This document shows positions 47,168 through 57,855 of a DNA stretch of 64,000 nt, piece after piece (position 1 is the stretch's first letter; each line of letters starts with the position of its first letter). The stretch spans positions 5,062,862 to 5,126,861 of the forward strand of contig SMSO01000025.1 of assembly GCA_004764695.1 (NCBI GenBank), given 5' to 3'. The translations under genes were made by a program, and so were the position numbers. The notes below the pieces were generated by a model, which saw nothing but the letters and a program-made list of their open reading frames with translations, had not been told where the DNA came from and did no database searches. Source of the stretch: Schizochytrium sp. TIO01. Taxonomy: Eukaryota; Protista; Bigyra: Labyrinthulomycetes.

Positions 47168-50000
47168 CTTGCCCACGACTTCTGGAGCTTCGGCACCTGC
47201 GTTGACTCCAAGCAGAAGCCACTCGAGAAATACCACTACCACACACGCAAAGGCAGCTCTGCCGGGCCTGGAATAGCTTTGCCGACGGCCGTCGTACGTC
47301 GCAGACTTTGCCAGGACAAAGCGAAATGGAAATGAGGTAGGTTACGTACTCACATTCTTATTCTTCACTATTCCGGTTAAAAGAAGGAGGCAGCCAAAAA
47401 AAAAACAAAAAAAACTCTTTTAGGCTACTTATAAATAAACAGCTATTAGTACCAGTAGGTACTAACTAACTTTTTGCTTACCATCTTAGGTGTAGCCTGA
47501 GAGACAGGCCTTGCGTCTTCCTGCTCTGGCGGCCATCTTCCTGGAACTTGGTTGCTGCTTTGTGTTTCGTTGATGTCTTCGACTGACCGACCGACTGTCT
47601 GTTTTCAACTGAGGTGATTTACAAATAAAAGTTTCGATTCACATCTATTTATATATTATATACATACGTAGATAGCAGAAAAAAGGAAACAAAAATGTAG
47701 AGATTTGTCATTTTCCAGCGTGAACTATTCTTCTTTCTTCGAAGGCTCCAATTGCAGAGGGATATGAGCAAAGCAAGCAAACTGGCGCTGCCTCCGAGTT
47801 TGCCTTACATAATATGGGTCTCCATTCCTTCAAGAGTCAAGCTTTGTTCAAGTTGTTTGTCGCTAAAGAGGAAACTGTGTTTGAGTGTTTCGACTGATTG
47901 ATTGACTCTTCAATTGTGAAAGTGAACGTGTCAAAGAATCAGTCAAACGCTCTGCGCCGTAACCGTCTGATGAACTTAAGACAAGCCTCGTGAGGACGCG
48001 CGAACGGAACGCATCCTGGGTTTCACGCTTGGCCAAGACCTCGAAAGAGAGCAGCGCTGGCCCAGAAAAGTCATTCGCGCCTTGATTCTTCAAGCAGAGG
48101 CGAGACCCGGCTGACCGACTGCTCACCGACCTAGGTTTATCTACCACCTGACCAAGAGTCATTATGTATATATTTCTACTATTGAATCAATCGGGTCTGG
48201 TGGGAAGACGCTTGCGAATCAGTAGCACTCCGATAAGAGCATCGCACAATACACCAGTCTGTTAAATGAAGTCGGACAGGTCATGCCACGAAGTTGGAGA
48301 TCATGGTTTCAAAGAACTCGTCAAAGAGGAACCTTTATTCAGATTTCAAGATGGCTTTGTATGGGTTCGCACCAAGCAATATATCACCGTGGTGGTAGAG
48401 TATCACACTCGAAGGTCTCAAGTTCTTGAGAAAGTAGAACTCGATCTATTCTAAAAAGGTCTGGATGAAGTTCTTGGAAAGGGCGGTTCACGATACGTGG
48501 GTGCAACAGGATAACTTTAAAGCTGTCGCTCGAGCTTAGGCTTGAAGTCAAACTCGCACAGACGTTGCTTTCTCAGGAGGAACAAGAGTCAGAATGTAAA
48601 GAGCAACTTCAGGATAGAGCTCCAAATAGTCAAGTTGTCTTTCGGAGCGCGGAGGGTGTCGAAGCGGTGCACGTGCAATAAGTAGTGTGAGTGTGTGAAA
48701 CGACTTGCAATATCTCATAACGCGCGACATTCGTGGAAGTCATCAAGGGTCTCCATATTATCTCAAGTATCCTAAAACCTTATTCACAATGAGAGGTGAG
48801 GGTAGTGGTAGGTCGTGTAGGTCTCAACTTTCCTTTCGTTGCTTTCCATTCTCATTTTCTAAGCACAATAGTAAGTCGAAGCTAAGTTTTTTTCCTAATA
48901 TATTTGTTTATTTATTTATCTATGTAATTTTAATTTTTTAAATTAGAAAATTTAAAAAAACGTGTGTAAAAGTACCAACTAGATTAGCACATAATTAACG
49001 ATCACTATTCGTGTTTCATTGCTATGGGTTTAAGTGGAAGCAAGAACGACGCGGCGGGGAACCCTCACAAACACGGCGGGCCAGACAAACGTTGCTATTA
49101 TTGATTCCACATCTCTATAACCAGGCCCAATCGAAATAATTCTAGTACAGGAATATAAAAGAAGCCCTGAGGCAGTAATAATTGTGATTACAGGGATTAA
49201 ATCGAGTACTTTACCTAGAATGAAGCCACAAACTTGAAAGGTTAGAGGGAAACCATGATAATCACCACTTAACTTCACTTGGCGATTGTCATCGTCGAAC
49301 ATGATCGAATTTAGACATAATCTGTTTTGAGACATGCGAGACCCTCTGTAATGTAATTGTGGAGTTTTCGTCGGCAGTTGCGAGAACGTCTGACTTGGGC
49401 GATGGAAAATGATGAGTGAGGTTGCGGGAAAAAAAAGCAAGGGATGGATTATTTGTATTGTTGCCAGAGGCCTATGCTTATCGCCATGTCATCACCTCAA
49501 CCGTGAAAAACGTTGCAGAAAAACATAGCACGGCGCCAATTTTCGGATATGGTGTACTAGAAAATGAAGGAGCTGGGGAAGATAAACGATAGAGGTCGCG
49601 TGGTATATTTGTTTGGCTTTGGGCAATCAATACCTGTACCTAAAAAAATCAAGATAGTGCTGCCCCAAGTGATGCTTGCTCATTGCGATCTTCTTCATCT
49701 TTTGTTTATCTTGTTTGTCTTGTATCATATAGAGCATCCTGGTGAAGGGAAAGCTCAGCAAGGTCTTGTATAAGTTTCTTTGAATAAATCTTCTTTCAGA
49801 GTGTGAGCCGTGAAATTGTCTCGCGATATTCTTGCAGGTCATGAGTTGGAATAAGAGTTAATCGGGAAGCGTCGGAACTGATGGTTGCCGGAGTCGTCGG
49901 ATATGTTTTGAATAAGAGTGCGGGTAGATGGAAAGGCGCAAGGCAAACCCGCATGGGGGGGGGTCATTGCATGAACCTTTACTACTGCCATTATTGCCAC

Positions 50001-52799
50001 TTAAGCTTGCTGTTGTTCCTGCTGCTGTTCCTGCTTCTGCTCCTGTTGTTGCTGCTCCTGCTCCTGCAATCTTGCTTGGTGCTGCTTGCGAGACTCCTCC
50101 TGAAGCTCGCGGTTGAGCTTGACGTAGTCAATTTCGCGGGAAGCGGCAGCACGACGAGGGCGCTTGCGAGAAGGGCCTTCGCCAAGATCGATATCCATGT
50201 TGTTTTGCAAAGCGTTAGCGCGAGCTTGCTCCATAGCACGGCGTCGCTCCAAAAGTAATGTTGCCTCACGGTCTTCTTCCCAGGCGGCGTCCTCGGGATC
50301 GTACAATTCGGTGCTGGAAGACTCGGTAAGGGCAGCCACGTGAGAAGATACAGAACGAGCAAAAGGGCTAATAATCTGGCCTTGGATTTTATAGCCACCC
50401 TCAAGAACAGACACAATCCTGCCCTTGGAGTAGCTGTTCGCAATCTTGACGAGCTGGCGCGTGAGCCAATAGTAATCATGCTCCAAGATAGAGAGATAGC
50501 CCATGTTAATGTCATCGCGCATATGCGCATCAAAGCCTGCTGAGATGATGATCAGGTCTGGCTTGAACTCAGCAAGTTTCGGCAGCACATGGACACGCCA
50601 GCTGGTGCGCCACTCCATTCGCGATTTGCTGTTTTGGCCAACGTCTACAATGTGTGGCTCACCGGGTCCAGGTTTGCCATAGTTTCCAAAGCCATAATTG
50701 GCACCGTCACTCGGGTAGAACATTCCTACACGCGGCGGCGCGAGGGGATCCGGGTCGAGTCCAGGTACGCGCTTTCCGTAACCATGAATGGACGCAAAAA
50801 AGATGTTATCTGGGTCGTCCTCGCTCAACCAAGGCTTGTAAGTCGGCTGCGTCAGCTGCACTGTGCAGAGTGGTGTCTCGAGGCTCGACTTGTGCTCGCC
50901 AGGGACAACGTTGCGAACGCAAGCTTCCGTACCGTTTCCGTGGTGTACGTCAAAATCCACAATGGCAACCTTCTTCACCCCCTGGTGACGATAGACGTTT
51001 CGTGCGTAGGCGGCACCGATGGCAGCGTTGCTCAAAATGCAAAAGCCGTAAGAACCATTCGGGTCAAGCTTGTTGGTAACAACACCGCGCGGCCCAGCAT
51101 GGTGACCGGGTGGGCGCACGGCACAAAATACATTACGGTTTTCGCCCCGCATTACGCTATCGATACCGTTGCAGACTGAGCCAGCAGCGTACAAGGCAGC
51201 CTCAAAACTCTTGCCGGAAATTGAGGTGTCTGTGTCAAGCTCGCCAATCTCGTCTTCGTTGAGCTGTGCTGCAAAACCTCGAATTTTTTGCACGTAAGCA
51301 AAATCATGCACACGCAGGATGTCTGCGATCTCTGCCTGAGTGGGTACACCCCATTGTAAAGACTTCGCAAGTCTTGAGCACCGGAGGCTTCCAATCTCAT
51401 CGTTGAGGAGTACCTTGAGGCGGTTTACATTCTCGGGCGGTACATCAAAGAAACCACGATTCCGCGTCCATGCCGGTCGACAGGTGTAGTGCCTTTCGCA
51501 GATCTCATGGGCCAAGACAAGCGTCGGTTTCTTTGTCGCAGAGGAGGCTGAGTCCGCAACTCCATTCGCAACTTGTTGGGTATCACTCATAGCAGCATCT
51601 GCGTCATCTTGCGTGAGTAGAGCAAGGTCCTCCTTATGACCGTGAGCGCGAGCCCAATCCGCAGGTAAACGGCCGCGGCCATCTTTGCGGCTTGCCAGTT
51701 CTGGTGCCACTGTGAGCAGGTATTTGGTGCCTTCTGTGAATCCATTAGCAGCGGACACGTGAAGTGCAGTCATGTCATACATATCTCCCCTTTCAAGAAA
51801 CAGTGACTTCATTTCCTTCGGAACTCCCTCCACTAGTGTCTTCAAGATCTCAAGGTGGCTCGCTCTGCACGCAATATGCGATGCAAGGCGTCCTTCGAGT
51901 TCCGGTAACAGCCACACATTGGTGAGTCCTCCATGTCTGATAAGCATCGCAAGTGCCTCCACCTCATCATACTCTGCACAGAGATGCAAGCAAGTTCTCT
52001 TGAGGTCATCTAGCGTCGCCACATCGATCTTGTCGGTCTTGTTTGGGCTGGTTGCCGCCACCGCAGCGTGGTCCTCCACTGCTAGAACGAGCTCCAGCGC
52101 CTCCACCGCGAACTTGCGGCATTTCTCCACAGATCCAATTCCCAAGATTAGGTGCGGGATTGGTGAAAGATTACACACTGTTCGTTTCTTTGCACCTGCT
52201 GTGAGGAGCACTTGCATGCACTCTAGCTGGCGCCACATGATGGCCACGTGCAACGGCGTGCAACCCTCATGGTCGCGTTTCTCAAGGAGCCTCGCAAGGT
52301 GTGTGGCCTCCCACTTGAGCAGAACAAGCTTGAGTGTCTCGGGGTCTTCCTTATGTTCCATCTCAAGCGTCATGCGGTGGTCCACATAGCGACTCGATGT
52401 CATGTGCAGCTCGATGAGACGCTTGACGGCCAAGACGTCGCCCTTCTCAGTAGCGTTATGCAGCATGAATTCTGAGCTCTCCACAGCGGAGTCGTCAGAC
52501 CCTTCGTCGTCGTCGTCATCATCATCATCACTGTCGTCGTCGGAGTCGCGAGACTTGGATTTCTTTCCACCGTCGCCCTTGATGGATGGCCGCTGGACGG
52601 ACTTGCTGCCGTCGGTGATGCCGCCATTGGCATTGCCACCATTGACATCATTGTCATCCTCAGAGACGTCATCGTCGTCGTCGTTCTCGCTCCAGTCCTC
52701 GTTCAGTCCATAAGCATCGTCCTTCGAGGGTCCGCCGCCGCCAGCGGCGGCGCCCGAAGAGGAGTCCGCCTTCGCCGCGCCGACAGCCGCCACGTCCAT
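50001..52799 (-). CDS. Ankyrin-repeat class II-type histone deacetylase, about 932 aa
   Basis: Ankyrin repeats (LHNATEKG, TPLHVAI, TCLHLCA, ASHIAC, TALHVSA) precede an HDAC domain with RPPGHHA, GFC, DFDVHHGNGT, SAGFDAH..D and LEGGY. There is an acidic N-terminus and a basic NLS-like RKRPRR near the C-terminus. Confidence 0.93.
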   Translation of the reverse strand: MDVAAVGAAKADSSSGAAAGGGGPSKDDAYGLNEDWSENDDDDDVSEDDNDVNGGNANGGITDGSKSVQRPSIKGDGGKKSKSRDSDDDSDDDDDDDDEGSDDSAVESSEFMLHNATEKGDVLAVKRLIELHMTSSRYVDHRMTLEMEHKEDPETLKLVLLKWEATHLARLLEKRDHEGCTPLHVAIMWRQLECMQVLLTAGAKKRTVCNLSPIPHLILGIGSVEKCRKFAVEALELVLAVEDHAAVAATSPNKTDKIDVATLDDLKRTCLHLCAEYDEVEALAMLIRHGGLTNVWLLPELEGRLASHIACRASHLEILKTLVEGVPKEMKSLFLERGDMYDMTALHVSAANGFTEGTKYLLTVAPELASRKDGRGRLPADWARAHGHKEDLALLTQDDADAAMSDTQQVANGVADSASSATKKPTLVLAHEICERHYTCRPAWTRNRGFFDVPPENVNRLKVLLNDEIGSLRCSRLAKSLQWGVPTQAEIADILRVHDFAYVQKIRGFAAQLNEDEIGELDTDTSISGKSFEAALYAAGSVCNGIDSVMRGENRNVFCAVRPPGHHAGPRGVVTNKLDPNGSYGFCILSNAAIGAAYARNVYRHQGVKKVAIVDFDVHHGNGTEACVRNVVPGEHKSSLETPLCTVQLTQPTYKPWLSEDDPDNIFFASIHGYGKRVPGLDPDPLAPPRVGMFYPSDGANYGFGNYGKPGPGEPHIVDVGQNSKSRMEWRTSWRVHVLPKLAEFKPDLIIISAGFDAHMRDDINMGYLSILEHDYYWLTRQLVKIANSYSKGRIVSVLEGGYKIQGQIISPFARSVSSHVAALTESSSTELYDPEDAAWEEDREATLLLERRRAMEQARANALQNNMDIDLGEGPSRKRPRRAAASREIDYVKLNRELQEESRKQHQARLQEQEQQQQEQKQEQQQEQQQA

Positions 52800-53303
52800 G
52801 TTCGCGGATGGTTTCCGCTCTGTTTGTTTGTTCAATATTTCTCTGTTGTTTATTTCTCTGTTATATATTCCTCTGTTTTCTCTCTTTCTCTGTTTTCTTT
52901 CTTTCTTCTCCACCGTAGTACTCACTTACTCTTCACTATTCATTAAATTTCCTTTTCCCTAATTTCCATCATCATCAACATTAAACTCTTTTATTTCTAA
53001 TATTTTCTCGTCGCCTTGTTTTTATTTTTATTTTATTTTATTTTATTTTATTCATTTATTTTTATACTGAAAAGCTACTAAGTTTTACTTTCCATCGCTT
53101 TCGTCGAGTCACCCATAATCCTCTTCACTTTGTTCTTGAATCTTCCCCTCGCTCTGCTACCTCATCGCCTACCTCGCTAGGCCGGTCTCTCTTTCGTAGC
53201 CTCTCCGCGATAGTCAGCTTGTTTGTTCCTTCGTGAGCTGGTTAGCGTTAGTTGCCTCGAGCTCTTTATTCCCTTCTCTGCCTTGTTGGTTTCTCCTTGC
53301 TTG

Positions 53304-53352
<49 letters not shown>
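53304..53352. repeat. (TAGA)n microsatellite
   Basis: Direct reading. Confidence 0.95.
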
Positions 53353-55107
53353 CTACATAGCAGGCACCTGCTACCTGCCTAGCTAGGAATGTAGTAGCTC
53401 GGCATAGGCGAATCAATCAATCAATCAATCAAATAAATAAATAAATAAATGAATGAATGAATGAATAAACAAACAAACAAATAAAATAATGCAAGAAAAC
53501 ATCAACTGACGGATGATGTTTAGGTACCTGTCATTAGCGAGGGAAGGAAGTTTGAGCGCTATCATTGAATCAATCATTCGATCATCATTCAACAGATGCA
53601 GGTACCTACCTAGCTCATTGCAGACTTCGTTTCTTATGAAGAGCGAATTCAGCTGTTGTAATCAACACGAATGATGATTTGGCCTTTGGAAGCTTGCTTG
53701 CCTGCTTGCTTGCTTGCTCTGCTAGCCAAGGATTGATTAACTAACTGATTATCATTCGTACTTAGCTAAGCCTTCATCTGTCTACGCATACAAACTTACT
53801 TCAAGTTAGGAGGTAGGTACCTACTACCGACCGCCAACCTGCTACACGATACCTACATAAATACATACATACTTACAGACATACTTGCATGCAGAATTGC
53901 ATTCATAATTGCATACTTGCATACCTCTATACACAAAAGCTTGATGTGATTGTCGCTCGCTTTGGGGTTCTTGTTCTTGTTGATCGCCTCGTCTCTTCAA
54001 GTAATATGGACGACCTGGGAGGTCCACTCGCTCGACTAGTACTGCTCACCGCTGTTTGTGCCTCAGTTTACATTCACTTGCGTTGCATAAATGAGTTGCA
54101 TGAAGTTGGTTGGCTGCATTGGGTTGTCTGATTGAGTTGGTTGCATCGCACCGATTTGGTTCGAGATATCGCGTGACTAGCTTGTTCGAGTTGATCCCCA
54201 GTTTAGTAGTACGAGTGCCGCTTCTGACTTTCAAGATCACTCTCTGCCTGTTCTTAGTCTTCTCTTCAATTCTTATCTTCGAAATCTCGAGTAGGTAGGT
54301 AGGTAGCCTGAATTATTCATTTCTTGTTTAGTTGAAAATACAATTAGAAACATTCTTCTTTCAAGCTTCATTGTGTATTTATTTACAATGATTGTCCTGA
54401 AAAAAACATGTTATATTATTTATAATTATATGTTTTAAAGTTAATTTATAAAAAAAAAAAAAAAAAAAAAAAAAAGTTCCTTGTTTCCTTTCTGTGTACT
54501 CCGATATCACAGAAATCACAGAAACCTGTCACAAATTGAAGCATCGTGGCACTGCTCTGCTTTCCCAAGCTGCTTGCTTTCCTGGCAACGCGTATTGTCG
54601 CAGAGCTCTATACTCGCTGATCACGGCCTTTGGCGGTGCCTCTACTGCCTCTCTCAAGTTGGCGACGGAGCACGATATGGCTTTCAGAGTAAATGTGGTA
54701 TTCTTGGAAATGCAGACAAAAGGAAAGTGAAGAGCAGAAGAAGAAGACCGATGAATCATTTTGTCATTCAATTCATCAACGAAGTCTTGAAAACCAACTT
54801 TCAACTCGACGATTGAAGGCGATCGAGTCAACAAGTTTCGACCTACAAATTCGACTCTGGTGCCTACACAAAAATTAAGTCTGTGCTATTCACTCTTCAG
54901 AAGAGGCGCTGTGATGAATGAATGAATCAATGAATGACGAATGAATGAAAATGAATGAATGAATGAATGAATGAAAATGAATGAATAATGAGTGAAGAAG
55001 TATATGAGTGAGGGAAAGTGAGGAAGAATCGTCGTAGCTAAATCAGAAAGAAAATGAATATCAATGAATCAAGAAACAAAAGTATGGGTAGGTACTACCT
55101 ACCAAAT

Positions 55108-55188
55108 CAAACAAACAAACAAACAAACAAACAAACAAACAAACAAACAAACAAACAAACAAACAAACAAACAAACAAACAAACAAAC
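55108..55188. repeat. (CAAA)n microsatellite
   Basis: Direct reading. Confidence 0.95.
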
Positions 55189-56118
55189 TTGAAACAAATA
55201 AACAACTCGAAACAAATAAACAACTCGAAACAAATGAATGAATAAATGAATGTATAAATGAATGAGTGAGTGAGTGAAAGAGTGAATGAAAATGGCGAAT
55301 CAGGAACACAAGAGATGATTCGGAACCCGGACTGAGCAATGCAGAACAAAAAGCACGGACTTCGAAGATGTGCTCACATCGCAACGCTCGAAATCACAAT
55401 CGTGACGGAGAGCGCATGAGATGAATCCACTGAGGATGAATGAATCAATGAATGAATCAATCAATCAATCAATCATGAATCACCGTCATCTCTGGACTGC
55501 AGTGGATTGCAATCGCATGAGAAGAACGTCTGTGATCATCGTGAGCCACGGCCAAACTGTGAATCAAACCTTGAAGACACGATTGCCTGAATCAATCGTG
55601 GATCTCGTGCAGCAGACCTCGGCGATGACCGCGATCATGACGAGCACGACGGTGAGCATTGGCACCACCTCCGCCACGCCTCGAAGCAGCAGCCGGGAAG
55701 CTGCTGGCAGCAATGCAGCTGAGGATGCACTTGTGAGGAACGATTGATTTCGAGGTTCTTGGCAACCAACGCGTGTTGTTCTCGCTCGGCAAAATGGCCA
55801 AGTTTAAGGCAAGGAGAAAACCCATTGCCGTGGCCTCGCCGCGAGTGGGTTGGCAATCATCGCAGGTTGCAAAACGTCGAGGTAGCTTGGTGGGCCGGGC
55901 TGATGATTTTGTGAGATTTGCTTGTGGATTTGGTGCTACGTAGTACGAGTTTGGTGTGCTCCATTTGCAGACAGGCAGATATGCAGGTTTGGTGAAAGAA
56001 GTAAGTTAGTTAGTTCTTTCAAGTTAGTGGCAGGACCGCGAAACCTGGCTGCCCCCCCAGCTCGGCGTGCGGCGATTCCCTCTTTCGGGGCCCGGGAGGC
56101 GCCACTGGGAATACTTGA

Positions 56119-57103
56119 ATGGCCCACTTGCACCGGGGAAATAGCTCACTTGCGGGAGATTTGCAAGTAGGTTATAGCGGCCGGGGGCCCTGAGCTGAAC
56201 CCCGCAGTGTGCACGCGGAAGGCGAAGGGCCACAGTAGGTAGGTAGTAGGTTATACGGAGGGTGATACTATGGAGCTATTGGCTATAACTCAGTGTGTTG
56301 CAGGGAATACTCTACTTGCGCGACCCCATAGCTCATTTGGGGAGCCAACTTGAAACGATTGCGCTAAACTTTGGTGGAACAAATGGCGGAGCTCGCATCC
56401 ACGCGCATCGACGCATACTACGCATACTTCGCACAAACTCGGACCGTGGCGCAGTAATCGTGGTTTTACGCTGTGCAATCATGGAATAATTCACCTGCAG
56501 ACCTGTATCTATGTAGAGGCAGGTGCTCTAAATGTCATCCTCGATATTACCCACTCATTTGCTTTGGTAATTTGAGGAGTTCTTTGTTGATTTGTTGTAT
56601 GTTTGTGCGTAGGTAGTAGCTGTGTCCGAATCCTTTACAATTCCATAATTTGTAGCAGTTCCATCACGAGACAATCAGTTCTGCTATGATGTGCATCATA
56701 TTGGTCCTTCCTCACTCTGCTTGTCGTATCTAGATACTAACTAGGTACTTGCAAATGTAAAATTGAATGCCTTTCCGATGTATCGATATGTAATGAACAC
56801 GAATGACGATTTAACCTTTGGGAGCTTGCTTGCTCTACAGGTTAGCTATTGCAAATAAATTAATTATCCAGCTAAGTCAGAGAGAAACCCTCGTCTCCGT
56901 CTACGCACATAATCTTACCTCAAGTCCAATTAGTGATTGTTTTGGCTTGAGTCTTTACCAAGATTTTTACTTATCACCTCCAACCACTAAGCAGGTCCTC
57001 CTCGCGGCCGTTACGCCCTCCCTCCATAGTCTACTTGCAGACGCTATACTTCACTTCCACTCCGCCCTATAACTCACTTGCAGATACGCTATAGCCCACT
57101 TGC
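56119..57103. repeat. Dispersed 13-16 bp motif cluster, consensus (GCT)ATAGCTCACTTGC, about 11 copies mostly in two groups
   Basis: Copies at about 56119, 56141, 56163 (inverted), 56282, 56307, 56328, 56486, 57026, 57043, 57067 and 57088. Confidence 0.7.
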
Positions 57104-57855
57104 GCCTCGCCAACCGCGGCTGTCTAAGGATCTATGGAAAACGAAGCAACTAACCACCTAACAGGCCCTTCTCAACTCCTAGCGCATTATTTTTGAATGG
57201 AATTTACCTACGCTATCATGGTATGTCTATAATTGTAACATAGTAGTTCTAGAGGGACTATTAGGCAGCCATATAGCGATATGAATGAATGAGTGATAAT
57301 AAATGAGTGAATAAGAGAATGAAGGGATGGATATGATATGATATGGAATGATATGAAATGTATGAATGAATACAAATGAGGTTGAGATCGACCGCAGCAA
57401 TTTGAATTTTGGCTGCGCGAGGGCTCCTCTGCGGCAGCAGCGAGGCGGCTCTGGAGAGCTGGGGGTAGGATCTAAGGCGGATAGACCTGCCTTTCGCTTG
57501 GCGGCGGCGCTCTTCACTGGCTGCCTGGCCTTGTGGCTTCAATCTGTGACCACCGTTCATCATCGAAGGGCTTGCCTTCAAGATCCCGACGGGACACGGC
57601 GCAAAGGGCGAGCGCTTTAAAGATATCAAATTATTGACCGGCGCGGGATATTGGAGCCTTCTGGACGAGAAAGCTTCTGTTTGAATCTTAACTGTCTTTA
57701 AGAAACAACCGTTACTAAGTCGAGTGGACGACGTTCTGAAGCACGACTTTGAAGAAGATATAATACAGAGCTGTAGCAACAGATTAACTGCGCGTCAGAT
57801 TTGCAAAGCGTGCATAATAAAGTGCTAGCGCATAACAGATTAAAAGCTCTGCACC

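Noticed and set aside
52800-52925. N-terminal extension of the HDAC ORF given by the track
   Set aside because: It has a non-ATG start and runs through low-complexity AT-rich sequence; ATG 52799 is preferred.
56119-57103. Motif-plus-spacer cluster as a CRISPR array
   Set aside because: The repeats are too short and degenerate, spacing is irregular, orientation is mixed, there are no cas genes and the context is eukaryotic.
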